A DNA stretch of 64,000 bases, from NCBI RefSeq assembly GCF_006345805.1, contig NC_043003.1, positions 100,192,001 through 100,256,000 on the forward strand. The letters are read 5' to 3'. The translations under genes and the position numbers were made by a program. Source of the stretch: Octopus sinensis. Its lineage: Eukaryota. Below the pieces are notes generated by a model. It did not search any database, was not told where the DNA came from, and saw nothing but the letters and a program-made list of their open reading frames with translations. This document shows positions 15,195-28,922 of this stretch, piece after piece (positions within the stretch are counted from its first letter, which is position 1; each line of letters starts with the position of its first letter).

Positions 15195-17509
15195 AGGGAA
15201 AGCCCCAGGCCCATCAGGAATTACTGCAGAGATGCTCAAAATATCTGGTAGTGTCGGCTATAGCCTAGTCACCCGTATAGTTAACAAGGTGATACACGAA
15301 GGAGTCATTCCCAATGACTGGTGTAGCAGCATAATAGTCAGCTGCTACAAAGGTAAAGGTGACGCCCTAGATACAAATAACTACAGGGGTATCAAGCTGC
15401 TGGATCAGGTAATGAAGGTTACGGAGAGGGTTATAGCCCAACTAATTAGAGAGAGAGTTAGCCTAGATCAGATGCAGTTTGGGTTCATGCCAGGGAAAAG
15501 TACTACTGATGCTATTTTCATGGTAAGACAGCTGCAGGAGAAATACCTAGCCAAAGACAAGCCCCTATACCTGGCTTTTGTTGATATGGAGAAAGCCTTC
15601 GACAGGGTCCCTTGATCCCTCATCTGGTGGTCAATGAGGAAACTAGGGATAGATGAATGGTTAGTGAGAGCTGTACAAGCCATGTACAGAGACGCTGCTA
15701 GTAAGGTGAGGGTTGGCATCGAGTACAGTGAAGAATTCAGGGTAGAGGTTGGGGTCCACCAAGGTTCAGTCCTCAGTCCCCTCCTATTTATCATAGTCCT
15801 CCAGGCAATAACGGAGGAATTCAAGACAGGATGCCCCTGGGAGCTCCTCTATGCTGATGACCTTGCTCTAATTGCTGAGTCTCTATCAGAACTAGAGGAG
15901 AAGTTTCAGGTATGGAAGCAAGGTTTAGAATCGAAGGGCCTTAGAATCAACCTAGCCAAAACCAAAGTCCTAATAAGTAGGAAGGTAGACCAATCACAAA
16001 CGCCTTCAGGTAGATGGCCCTGCTCGATCTGTAGAAAAGGTGTAGGTAGAAACTCTATAAGATGCACCAAGTGTAAGCTATGGACACATAAGAGGTGCAG
16101 CAATGTCAAAGGTAGACTAACTAGGAAGATGGTTTTTGTATGTGGCAGATGCTCAGGAGCAATAAACTCTGAAAATATGCAGAGACCAACTTCTACTACG
16201 TTCCAGGGAGAAAAACTAGAAGTAGTTGATAGCTTCCGCTACCTAGGTGACCAAGTCAGTAGTGGGGGCGGGTGTGCTGAAAGTGTAACTGCTAGAGTAA
16301 GAATAGCCTGGGCAAAGTTTAGAGAGCTCTTACCCCTGCTGGTGACAAAAGGCCTCTCGCTCAAAGTAAAAGGCAGACTGTATGATGCATGTGTACGTAC
16401 AGCCATGCTACATGGTAGTGAAACTTGGGCTGTGACTGCTGAGGATTTGCGTAAGCTCACAAGAAATGAAGCTAGTATGCTCCGATGGATGTGTAACGTC
16501 AGTGTTCATAATCGACAGAGTGTAAGTACCTTGAGAGAAAAGTTGAACCTAAGAAGCATCAGTTGTTGTGTGCAAGAGAGACGTTTGCGCTGGTATGGTC
16601 ATGTGATGAGAATGGCTGAAGATAGTTGTGTGCGAAAGTGCCACACCCTGGCAGTTGAGGGGACTTGTGGAAGAGGTAGACCCAGGAAAACATGGGTCGA
16701 GGTGGTGAAGCACGACCATCGAACTTTAGGTCTCACCAAGGAAATGACTAGAGACCGAGACCTTTGGAAGTATGCTGTGCGTGAGAAAACCCGGCAAGAC
16801 CAGTGAGAACGGTCAAAATCAAAATCAAACCAACTCAATACATATATCAGAAAGCAGAACCAAATTGAGGTCGATCAACATGAGGGCCCCCGTGCAGGTG
16901 ACACGTAAAAGCACCATCCATTTGTGGCCGTTTGCCAGCCCTGTCTGGCCCCCGTGTCGGTGGCACGTAAAAGCATCATCCGTTCGTGTTCATTGCCAGC
17001 CTTGTTGGCCCCCGTGCCGGTGACATGTAAAAGCACCATCCGTTCGTGGCCGTTTGCCAGCTCTGTCTGGCCCCCATGCCGGTGACACGTAAAAGCACCA
17101 TCCGTTCGTGGCCGTTTGCCAACCCTGTCTGGCCCCCGTGTCGGTGGCATGTAAAAGCACCATACGTTTCGTGTCTGTTGCCAGCCTCGCCTGGCACCCG
17201 TGCCGGTGACACGTAAAAGCACCATCCGTTCGTGGCCGTTTGCCAGCTCTGTCTGGCCCCCGTGCCGGTGACACGTAAAAGCACCATCCGGTCGTGGCCG
17301 TTTGCCAGCTGTCTGGCACCTGTGCGGGTGGCACGTAAAAAGCACCCACTACACTCACGGAGTGGTTGGCATTAGGAAGGGCATCTAGCCGTAGAAACAC
17401 TGCCAGATCTGACTGGGCCTGATGAAGCCTTCCAGCTTCACAGACCCCAGTTGAACCGTCCAACCCATGCTAGCATGGAGAACGGACGCTAAATGATGAT
17501 GATGATGAT
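15193..17509 (+). mobile_element. RTE-clade LINE, 5'-truncated, RT nearly intact (one TGA at 15613-15615)
   Basis: KAPGPSG..YKGKGD..YRGIKLL..QFGF..FVDMEKAFDRVP*..GVHQGSVLSP..LYADD..YLG..WYGHV; 3'UTR with 61-bp tandem repeats and (GAT)n tail. Confidence 0.97.
16887..17340 (+). repeat. About 61-bp minisatellite (~7.5 units) in the RTE 3' region
   Basis: Unit approximately GCCCCCGTGCCGGTGACACGTAAAAGCACCATCCGTTCGTGGCCGTTTGCCAGCTCTGTCTG. Confidence 0.92.
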
Positions 17510-17944
17510 ACACACACACACAACAAGGTTCTTTCAGTTTCTGTCCATCAAATCCAATTTGGTTGGCCTGGTGTTTTGGAGAAGACACTTGTGAAAGGAG
17601 GACTGAATCCGGAACCATGTGTTTGGAATCAAACTTACCACACAACCACGGGGTTATTTGTTTGTTCAAATCTATGTGGTATGGAACTAATACTTTAATA
17701 CTTATTTGATGCAACAGGTTTCTATGCAGTTGATTGACCAGCAAGAAATGGCAGCCAAATATACCAAATCATATTTTACGCTCTTGGATGTAATTCCAGA
17801 AACACTATGTTTGGAGAAAAATAACGATGGAATGGCCATGACTGGAACACCTTTGATCATAAGTCTACTAGACTGGGGCTGAATTGGAGCTAAGCAGCAG
17901 CAAAAAATATTTCTTTTACTGGTCAACATAGTTGTGTTATGTTA

Positions 17945-18365
17945 TTGCAGTTTCCAAGGAGGGGGCAATTACATTGACCTCATTATTTGACTGATATTTT
18001 ATTTTATTGACCCTAAATGGACCTCAGCAGGATTTAAACTCAGAATGTACACAATCAGAAGAAATGCTGCTAAGCATTTTGTCCATTATTCTAGTAATTC
18101 TATCATATCACCTCTTTACTAATAGTAATAAATCTTTCTAATTTTGGTACAAGGCCAGCAAGTTTAATGAGAGGGGCCAAGTCAATAACATTGACTTCAT
18201 TACTTGACTGATACGTTATTTTATTGACACTAAATAGACGAAAGGCCAAGTTGATCTCAGCAACATTTGAACTCAGAATGTAAAGTGTCGGAGGAAATAC
18301 AGCTAAACATTTTGCTTGATGTGCTAACAATTCTGCCAGCTTGCCCCCCATAATAATAATAATAA
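17945..18365 (-). mobile_element. Two tandem tRNA-type SINE copies with (ATT)n tails
   Basis: Same ~200-bp family as 44680-47290 (TGGCAGAATTGTTAGC...GAGTTCAAAT). Confidence 0.7.
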
Positions 18366-18459
18366 CAATGATGATGATGAAGATGATGATTCTTAACATC
18401 TGTACAATGTCACAAATTTTGGAGGGAAAAAAAAAACGGAACATAAAAATGAGACTAAC

Positions 18460-18611
18460 CTTTTGAATGATAGCTAACAATGACAAGACAAACTTATCAC
18501 TGACATATCTGTCCAATGTGATTTGAGAAGTGATGTAAGGCAGTAGAGTTTCAACATTGTGCACCAGGTTAGACTGTAACTGATTCACCAACAGGGTCAA
18601 GCAATAGTTTG
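18460..18611 (-). CDS. SMG1: SMG1 exon (152 nt)
   Basis: tttgtag|CA AAC..AAG|gttagt. Encodes (A)NYCLTLLVNQLQSN...DKFVLSLLAIIQK, similar to human ANECVGVLL...YIISVLNLLTL; phases fit. Confidence 0.88.
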
Positions 18612-19841
18612 CTACAAATGAACATGATAACAAGACATTAATAGTAAAAAAAAAAAATTTAGGGGGATCACCAATTTGATAAGTATGCAATAATTTGTTT
18701 TCAAAGAAAAAAAAAAAAAGAAATTCAAAACAAAATTTCATATTCTAAATATTTGTGTGACACTATATAATCAGAAGAATAATAATTTTAAAACTAAAAT
18801 CTCAGGTAAATTATCAAATTTAAAATCTATTTTATGTTTTTTTTTTTTTCCCCGAACAGTTTTAACAAAGCAAAGAAATGTTTAACCTCCTTCAGACTCA
18901 ACAACACTATTCTTGCCCTTCCTCTTACTGCAACACCTTCTGGCATCTTCCCACCAACATCTTGCATGGACTCACTGTTAAACCTAGAGTTGCACTGATT
19001 TGTTAGCAAATAATCAGCTATATCAGCCATTTTATTGATTAATCGGTATCAGCTTAATTGGCTTTGATAATCAGCCATTCTTTGGGTATTTTATTTTTGA
19101 TAGGCTTATATGCTGGATCAAGAAAACCATGGCTAATGGAGAAATTTGGAACACATACTGAATTCCAAATGTTAAAATATATAAGAAACATATGTATTCT
19201 GCAGCCCTTGACTCCTACCCTCACCTACTCACCCCAATTTTTTCTCTGACCCATATTTATCATTGATCACCCTCAATTATTGTTTATCATTCATTATATT
19301 CACCCTCCCCCATCCCATTTGTAAACATCTCTCCCTCTCCTGATAAATTTATGCAATCTCTACTTACCTGCATTTACTTTTTTTGGTCCCCACTGCTATT
19401 CCTCCTTCTTGTACCTCATCACCACTATTTTATCCCACTATTCAGCTCCACCTCAGTTACTCTCACCCACTCTCCAACAATGTGAGTAGCTATGTAACTC
19501 TTCTACGGCAAGAAACGGGCTTTGTTTTTACCATATCTTTCATACTTACACCCTTCATCATATAGCATAAAGCTACCTCCCCCTCTGCTGTAGCTCCACT
19601 CAATTGATGGGGATTTTAGTTTTTGAGCAACACAGTAATTTCACTAGTGCTGGTGCCAAAAAAATGCACCCTGTACACTCTGTAAAGTAGATGTTAGGAC
19701 AGGCAACCAACAATAGAAACCATACCAAAGCAGAAATTTGAGTATGATGGTTGTAACAGGTTTTGAGCCTATGACTTTGTAGTTGGGAATAAAACTGTTA
19801 AGTAGAATAAATAATACTTCAAAATATAGCAGTCAACTTAC

Positions 19842-19914
19842 CAACAATACGGACCCGTTCAGAAAATACAAATCTACTTGCATGCTCTACACTGCGTATA
19901 ATTTTCTCTAAGAC
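19842..19914 (-). CDS. SMG1: SMG1 exon (73 nt)
   Basis: tttttcag|GTC..GTT G|gtaagt. Encodes VLEKIIRSVEHASRFVFSERVRIV, similar to human [23 protein letters not shown]. Confidence 0.92.
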
Positions 19915-20399
19915 CTGAAAAATAAAGTAAAATCATATATCATTGGCATTGACAAAATAAAAAACCTTCAGCTTGGCATCCACAAAACATTCCAATAGCA
20001 TAATGTTTTTTCTTTCATCTCACTCTGTATTTTTTCTCACCAATACTCAAATTTCATATGCTTATAAAAATCAAAACTTTATAGGAAGAATTCATCAAGC
20101 CATCAGATTCTCAGTTTCTCTATATCAACAAATGTATGATACATAACAAAGTACTCCACTCTCTCTCCCACTATCCCTCTGACTGGTTAACCATGTATCT
20201 CCTCTACAGCAACACATCCATTACTGGCCTCAGTCTTGATCACTCCTTCACTCTCCCTCTCTGATTGGGTAACCATGTATCTCCTCTACAGCAAGACACA
20301 TGTTTCTGTCTCTCTGTCACATTCTAACCCTCCATCATCTGGTACAAGATCATTTCCTCCAATATCACAAAGGATCTTTGGCTTGTAGGTTACTTAATG

Positions 20400-20697
20400 A
20401 CCCAGCTAGCACTGGTGCCATGTAAAAAGCATCTAGCCCACATTGTAAAGTAGTTAGCGTTTGGAAGGGCATCCAGCTGTTAAAAAAAAACATGCCAAAA
20501 CTGACTTCACCTATGCTAGTGCCACGTGAAAAGCACTCAGTCCACTTTGTGGAGTGGTTGGTGTTAGGAAGAGCATTCAGGCGTAAAACCCATGCCAAAA
20601 CAGACAGTGAAGCATGGTGCAGTCTTCTACCTAGCCAGCTCCTGTCAAACTGTCCAACCTATGCCAGCATGGAAAGATGTATGATGATGATGTTGAA
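20400..20697 (+). mobile_element. RTE-type 3'UTR fragment with (GAT)n tail
   Basis: Matches the 3' end of the RTE at 17340-17509. Confidence 0.75.
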
Positions 20698-21354
20698 CAC
20701 AGTTAAAACTGAACTTCTTTCACAGGATTTAGGTAATTTGCAGCAAACAGAACTGCTTTTAAAGAAGCACTAAACTACAAATATATTCACACACATATCA
20801 ACAGAGTTGAGCAGGCTGCAAAGCAACCACACTAAAGATGATGCTACAAATAAAGCATGTAGTACACAGTAAGGTGTTGGCATTATGAAGGAGATCCTGC
20901 CATAGAAACAATGCCAAAGCAAACATTAGAACTTGATGCAGCTCTTAGACTTGTCGGCTCCTATCAAACTGTCCAGCCCATGCCAATATGGATGTTAAAT
21001 GATGATATTGATACACAATACATTCACACACATACACACTCTATACATTCAACCACATACACATTATATAAATAGACAGAGATAAAAAAAATACCACTTG
21101 TCAAATCTGAAGTTTTCAACAATATTCAACTGTGTATAAGGCTGCTCTATTCCTAGTAACAGAGAAAGAAAGACAGAGAGATACGGGGAAAGTGTGTGTG
21201 TGTGTGTGTGTGTGTGTATCTGTTTTGTGAGCATACATATCAGTGTGAGTCTTTTTTTATGTGTGCCTATGTCTATGTGCATCATTGTGTATATTCACAA
21301 AGTATACATTTTACATTATTTACATTTGATGGATATTTGTCCTCATTTTGTTTG

Positions 21355-21420
21355 TTGTTAAAACGTTTTGCTGACAGACCCTCCAGCCTTCATCAGGTGT
21401 CTTGGGTTCTCATTTTTCAA

Positions 21421-21452
<32 letters not shown>

Positions 21453-22545
21453 TCACTGCCTGGAATCAAACTCGGAATCTTGGGGTTAGTAACCACTACA
21501 CCTTATGCCCGTGGACAATTATGGAGTGAATTTTAAGGCTTATAAATCTAATATTTTCCTATCATTCCTTAATATTGGTTCCAATATGCTATTCATATGT
21601 GTACTTTGTCTGCTTAGCAGGAGGTTGTGCCCTAGCATATGTGCTGCTGCTTTTAATTTTCATATTTTCCAGTGGTGCTCTCTGTCTATTATTTTAACTT
21701 CATCACACAGGAGGAATTGGTCTCCATTTCTCCATGCGATTTATCAATATCTCCCTGTGTCACAGCTTTGCGATGTTCTTCTACCCTTATTTTGAGGGGG
21801 CAGCATGGGAGGGAGTACACACAGTTTTTAGTCATATTCTCTTCTATTGGTGGTTTTACTCAAAGGAGATATTTGCAAAGTGTTGCATTACTCTTGAATG
21901 CTGTCTTGATGTCATATGGGTCGCATATTTTGTATCTTTCACATAGGGTAGATGGACTGTGGACAGTTTATTAGTTTCATCCTCCCTTTTCAGTTCAACA
22001 GAATTCAAGAAACACAACAATTAATATCCACTTACGGAAAGCTCAAAAAACACATCCAGCCAAGGCAATGATGACGACAACAACATCAACAAATACCTTA
22101 GGAATGAGAACCCAGATTCGAAATTTCTCCAAGACACCTGATGAAGGCTGGAGAATATATCAGTCGAAATGTGTTAACAATAAACAAGATGAGGACAAAT
22201 ATCCGTCAAATGTAAATAATGTACATAATTCCTCATCTCTTAAATATAGAACTGTATTATCTAATTGGTACAGAACTAACATTAGACGTCAATGGAGACA
22301 TATAGAGAAACTCCATCAAAAACTAGCTCGTCTTGCAAACCACCTAACTTTCCTGTGTAGATGTAGAGACTCAAAGCTAATACCACCTGGCTCGAATATA
22401 ATAACACCAGTGGATTCATATAAAGCTAGAAGAGTAGCAGAAAGGGCAGGACATGCCCTCGCCCTTGAGAGGATCCATTACAACCATTGGAAAAGACATT
22501 AACTAAATAACGAAATCAAAGACAGGTTCTCTTCATTACTTAGGA
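21355..22545. mobile_element. Penelope-like element: minus-strand 3' GIY-YIG remnant with pLTR, plus-strand pLTR with ORF N-terminus
   Basis: Minus ~21975-21500: LPYVK..YDIKTAFKSNATL..VKPPIEENMTKNCVYSLPC..RVEEHRKAV..IIDREHHWK..AAHMLGHN. Plus 22300-22545: EKLHQKLARLANHLTFLCRCRDSKLIPPG..ERI. Inverted CCAAGACACCTGATGAAGGCTGGAG repeats. Confidence 0.88.
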
Positions 22546-22559
22546 AAATGATCAGAGAT

Positions 22560-22745
22560 GATGATATATATACATATATGTATATATATATTTATATGTA
22601 TATATATATGTATATGTGTATATATGTATATGTGTGTGTATATATATATATATATATATGTGTGTGTATATATATATATATGTGTGTGTGTATATATGTA
22701 TATATACGTATATATATATGTATGTATATATATAATATATATACG

Positions 22746-22799
<54 letters not shown>

Positions 22800-22800
22800 G

Positions 22801-22833
<33 letters not shown>

Positions 22834-22864
22834 ATATAATATATATATATATATATATAATATG

Positions 22865-22918
<54 letters not shown>

Positions 22919-23140
22919 TTATATATATTATATATATATGTATGTATCTATATATATATATATTATATATATATATATGTATGTATATATATAATATATA
23001 TATATATAATATATATGTATATATATATGTATATATATATTATATAATATATCTATATATAATATATATATATGTATATATATATGTATATATATATGTA
23101 TATATATATGTTATATATATATATATATATATTATATATA
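22560..23140. repeat. Interrupted (TA)n/(TG)n array
   Basis: Read directly. Confidence 0.95.
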
Positions 23141-24230
23141 TGGTGTGTGTGTGTGTATGAATTCAACTACATTTTGTTTTGTTTCTACTTTGTTTTATTT
23201 CATCGGTTATCAACTAACCAACTATAACTGAGGCAAAGAAATTCAAGACAATTGATGACCAATTAGATTAAGTAACTCAACAAAAATAACGTCTAAATTA
23301 TCTTCCCATCACTGCAGAAGCCTTTCAAGTGGCTTTTTCTTATCTCTTTGGATACCACTCAGCAATGCATAGGTCCACATGTTGTCTGTGAAAATTGCAA
23401 CAAGTCTGACCCAGTGGACCTTGTGCTTTCAATATTCTGTAATCATGACATTCACTCTGCTTTGTTTTGGATATTTTCTTGCAATAATATTCCTAGTATG
23501 GATCCTTCCATGGCTCTTTGCACTGAGGCCAATAAATGTTTTTCTTTCAGTTTCTATCAACCAAATTCACATACAAGGACTTGTTTGACCCAGAGCTATA
23601 GTAGAAAACACTTATCCAAGATACCATGCAGTGCAACTGAACCAAAAACCATGTTGATGGGAAGGAACTTCTCAATCACATAGCTATGCCTATCCTCTTT
23701 ACTGGTAAACCAGTCTTATTTGAGCTAATCTAATTTCTCTTCACATCTTATTGTTGGTATTTGCAACAATAACTCCATCTTTACATTGCAGGAAATTTTT
23801 TTGTTTTTCAGGGCTAGAATCTCTTTCTAACAATAACATTGTCATTATTAAGCTGATGTTTAGAACATAATGTAACATGAAATTCTGATGAACGGTTTTA
23901 ATTTAAATCACTATAAAACAGATGCTTGTCTCATAGGACCAGGGGCAGTCTCAGGTGGGTGGGTATCAAAAGGGAATAAATCATACTGTACCGTCTTTAC
24001 AAAAATAAAAAGGACATTGGATAATGTAAAACTAGAAGGGAAAGACAAGCATGCCTTTGATCACAAGTCTGCTCAACTAGAGTCAACCTAGGTTTAAAAA
24101 GAAACAACAGACCCAGCTTCAATGGAAATTAGTTTTAGAACCTTTTATCTTTGTATATAATGCAGAGTACATTAACTACTAAGTCAGGAATTAGATAAAT
24201 TCAGAAACAAAAATGAAGTTTTACACCTAC

Positions 24231-24407
24231 TTCCGATATATATTCCTTTGATATAGTTGACCCTTTGTTTGGTGAGAAACTATCTCCAAGACTTCTAACG
24301 ACTGTTGTAAAAACTTTGAGTAATGCAGAAATTTTAGTATTGCACTCTGATACGGCTGGGATCTCGTCCTCAGTCATTATTTGTCCATTCACTTGCAGGT
24401 TCAAGTC
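24231..24407 (-). CDS. SMG1: SMG1 exon (177 nt)
   Basis: tttcaag|GAC..GAA|gtaggt. Encodes DLNLQVNG...KISALLKVFTTVVRSLGDSFSPNKGSTISKEYISE, similar to human [22 protein letters not shown]. Confidence 0.96.
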
Positions 24408-25262
24408 CTTGAAAAAAAAATCATTGAAAACAACATATAAGGAAATGCATTCAACAAAATTGTTACAGCTTGGTCATTTTCAGTCAGTCATTTAAAATAC
24501 ACATACTGTAATATATATTCAATACTTTCTTTTTAAAACAATTTGTTGTACTAAAGTCTTTTATTATACATCTATCTCAAATCCAACTTGCTTATTATCG
24601 CGGTATATCCCTTTCTAAACAACTACAATAAAAGTAATTCTATGGAGGGACTGCAGCCTAAAATGTGAACCCAAGTTATGTTAATGAGAATCATCTCAAA
24701 TCTCAAACAAAACTAAATTATCACTATCAAGAGCAAGAGAGAGGGGGGAATTAATAGAAAGATATATTGTAAAAAATTTTGAGTTATAGAGTTAGTTTTC
24801 TTCAAAGAAATATACAATTTGTACTGCTATAACAACTTCAAAGCTTGCTAACTCTGGACAGAGCACATACACAAGCATGGTAAATACTGAACTTGTTGGT
24901 TAACAGAGGTCAAACTGTTAGAAACATATAAATCAGAAACAATTTTATGTAACTAATCAAGGAGTAATTCCTTCAGTTCTATACCATGACATCCAAACTC
25001 ATATAATTCTTTCTTTTCTCTTACAGACAATTCCTCACTCAGTCTCAGTCATATTACAACCACTGAATTAAAACCTTTATTAAATCTCTCTTCATCATGA
25101 CAATAAGTCAAGTTTATCCTTCCATTCACTAATTTCAATTAGTTATTCTTATATCCCAGCTTAGGAGGCATCAGACTGCTTCTCATCTTCACACACACAC
25201 AAACACAAAACAAAAATGGAATTGCTGGAATATAAAAGAAATGTTGAAAGAAGAAAATTTTA

Positions 25263-25661
<399 letters not shown>

Positions 25662-26104
25662 CTACATCAAAGATACAAGGACAAAAAGAAATCAGCAACA
25701 AATGATGACAAAATTCATCAGCAGCTCTAAGAAGCTTGATTTTTCTATTTTCTTCTCAAAAATTAAAATAATAAATTCTTTCAACTTGGCACTGCAATCT
25801 TTTATCTGATAATAATAAAACTTGTAATAGAGTGAACAATTTCCAGCATATCATTTCAAGACAGGAACCAGCAACACCATATCATTACAGTAACATACAT
25901 ATACATAGTGTAGCTGCTGAATGTCAGCATGATGTACATCATCTTGTGTCACAAAGCATAAAAGCCGCGAGTTTGGATTACTGTAGGTAACCAAACTTCT
26001 ACTTCCAAAATCTGAAAAGCATCAAAAACCAACGGACTATATCAATTAACACCTGAGGCAAGGTATGAAGATAAACTCCCATCAAGAGCACTTTGTAATT
26101 TAGT

Positions 26105-26105
26105 T

Positions 26106-26164
<59 letters not shown>

Positions 26165-26170
26165 GAGAGA

Positions 26171-26222
<52 letters not shown>
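26105..26222. repeat. (GT)n(GA)n microsatellite
   Basis: Read directly; explains the poly-ER and poly-SL ORFs. Confidence 0.95.
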
Positions 26223-26226
<4 letters not shown>

Positions 26227-26577
26227 ATGTATTTGTTTGTGTCTCCTTGCCTTACAAATGAGTGCCACTGTCAAACAAGCAGAGGCACTCATTTCCGATA
26301 TTTTGCAAAAATATGTCAGGCCATAGAGAAATATTACCTTGTTTACAAATAAGTGACAGTTGGCAACAAGAAGGGCATCCAACCATGAAAAGACGTCTCA
26401 ATGAATTCCTCCTAATTCATCCGAGCACAGAAATATGAATGTAAAATGATGAGTAGGGTGTAACTTGAGCAAGATTTGGTGGCTTTTTTCTATATAGAGT
26501 GAAACAATGCAGAACCATAAACACTATCAAACAAATACCAGCGTGAAGGAACACATGTACAAGGTAAAGCAACTTAC

Positions 26578-26703
26578 CCTAAAGTGAGAGTTGAACACAT
26601 GGGGGTAGACCTTTGAAAGCTGCTGGATTATGTTGACAACAGCAATGAGAATCTCAGCACTGTCAGCATTTTCCAACAATGTCTGCACATTAGCCATTAC
26701 ATT
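26578..26703 (-). CDS. SMG1: SMG1 exon (126 nt)
   Basis: cttcag|AAT..AGG|gtaagt. Encodes NVMANVQTLLENADSAEILIAVVNIIQQLSKVYPHVFNSHFR, similar to human LVMTSLQSILENVDTPELL...YPHIFSTNFR. Confidence 0.95.
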
Positions 26704-27437
26704 CTGAAGAGAAAAAAAAATAAAAGGGGAAAAGTAACGATGAGAAAAATTTGAGAGTGTATCATATATATATATGTGTGTGTGTGTGCGCGCGCGCACA
26801 TGCACATATGCACATGTAAACATACACGTAGGCACAAACATGGATGTGTGGTTAAGAAGTTCACTTCTCAGCTATGTGGCTTCAGGTTGTTTAGTTTTAC
26901 CTTAGACAAGTGACTTCTACCACACCCTCAGGCTAACCAATGCATTGTGAAGGAATTTGGTAGAACAGAAACTGGAAGGCTTTTGAGAGGAAGAGTTTCT
27001 GGCCATAAAAATCCTGTTTCAGTTATCTCTTGCCTAAGCCATGCGGCTATGGAAAAATAGGTGTCAAATACCTGTCGTTGATTGTATAATTACATTAACT
27101 CTTTCTTGGGAGCCACATTCAAAGTATTATTATATATATATAATTTACTCCTCCTGTATGTGTGTAGTTTATAATAGAAAAACATGTAATAATTGACATA
27201 GAAAAAAGATCAATTTCATATACAAACTTCTATTTGTTTATTATATGACAATAATAAGCGAGTTGTATGTGTTATTTATCAATACACTAATGGCAATTAT
27301 ATAATACATTTCATTTAAATAGGTAATTTACTCATTATTGACTGTAACGCTAGTAATGGCAAATTAAGTTATTAAAGTATTCATGTTGCATTAAGAGTGA
27401 ATATTTGTTTATAAACAATGTTTTTTGTTTTATTTCA

Positions 27438-28663
27438 AGCTATGGACACATAAGAAGTGCAGCAATATCAACGGAAGGCTAACTGGGCAGGAGCAATAAA
27501 CACTGGAAATGTGCAGAGAACAACTTCTGTTACCAAGGTGACCAAGCCAGTAGTAGCGGAGGATGCTCTGAAAGTGTAGCTGCTAGAATAAGAATAGCCT
27601 AGGCCAAATTCAGAGAGCTCCTACCTCTGCTGGTGATGAAGGGCCTCTCGCTAAGAGTAAAAGGTAGACTGTATGACGCATGTATACGAACAGCCAGGCT
27701 ACATGGCAGTGAAACATGAACCGTGACTGCTGAGGACAAGCATAATCTTGCAAGGAATGAAGCTAGTATGCTCCGCTGGATTAGTAATGTCAGTGTGCAT
27801 ACACGACAGAGTGTAAGCGCCTTGAGAGAAAAGTTGGACCTAAGAAGCATCAGATGTGGTGTGCAAGAGAGACAACTGCACTGGTATGGTCATTTGGTGC
27901 GAATGGATGAGGACAGCTGTGTGAAAAAGTGTCACACTCTAGCAGTTAAGGGAATCTGTGGAAGCGGTAGACCCAGGAAGACCTGGGATGAGGTGGTGAA
28001 GCACAACCTTCGAACATTGGGCCTCACCAAAGCAATGACTAGTGACTGAGACCTTTGGAAATATGTTGTGCTTGAGAAGACCCGGCAAACCAAGTGAGAC
28101 CATAACCCATGGCCTATGCCAGTAGTGTAACCAGCCTACTTATGCATACCTTTCTTTTGTTGGACACTAAACTTCGCTTGCGAAGACCTGTTGAGGCAAG
28201 TGAAATCACAATCAAAATCACTGACGTAGCCGAAGAGAGCATTGCCTGACTGGCACCTGTGCCAGTGGAACGTTAAAAGCACCATCCGAGCATGATCATT
28301 GCCAGGGCTGCTAACTGGCTCCCGTGCCAGTGGCACATAAAAAGCACCATTCGAGCGTGATTGTTACTAGCGTCACCTTACTGGCACATGAAAAACAACA
28401 TTCAAGCAAGGTTGTTGCTAGTGCCACTGGACTGGCTCCTGTGCAGGTGGCACATAAAAAAAACACCATTTGAGCATGACCATTGCCAGTACCGCTTGAC
28501 TGGCCCTTGTGTTGGTGGCATGTAAAAAGCACCCACTACACTCTTGGAGTGGTTGGTGTTAGGAAGGGCATCCAGCTGTAGAAACTCTGTCAGATCAGAT
28601 TGGAGCCTGGTGCAGGCCTCAGTCAAACCTATGCCAGCATGGAAAGTGGACGTTAAACGATGA

Positions 28664-28666
<3 letters not shown>
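27438..28666 (+). mobile_element. RTE LINE 3' fragment with 3'UTR
   Basis: LWTHKKCSN..RLYDACIRTA..LHWYGHLVRMDEDSCVKKCH; (GAT)n tail. Confidence 0.92.
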
Positions 28667-28706
<40 letters not shown>

Positions 28707-28874
28707 GACACACTGTTTATAAGCAGTATCAGAAACATGAAAAAGATGATGATAAGGAACAATGTAAAAGTGCTTTAGTAATAGTCTGAGTATACACACA
28801 CAATAGAAACCAGAATTCTACCTATAAGAATACAAGAATCCCCCCCAAAAATTAAAAAACAAACATTATGTTAC

Positions 28875-28922
28875 CTGCATGAAATCAGCTAATGTTTGCT
28901 TCTTCTCATCACATTTCAAAGT
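28875..28922 (-). CDS. SMG1: SMG1 exon (48 nt)
   Basis: ttctacag|ACT..CAG|gtaaca. Encodes TLKCDEKKQTLADFMQ, similar to human ETVGEKKAFSSVMQ. Confidence 0.88.

Noticed and set aside
16887-17340. CRISPR-like repeat-spacer appearance
   Set aside because: The units are contiguous near-identical tandem repeats without unique spacers, in a eukaryotic intron.
16772-17463. Repetitive ORFs of 83-157 aa
   Set aside because: Products of the 61-bp minisatellite.
18103-18741. 212-aa ORF
   Set aside because: Only 18460-18611 is a real SMG1 exon; the rest is polypyrimidine tract and SINE.
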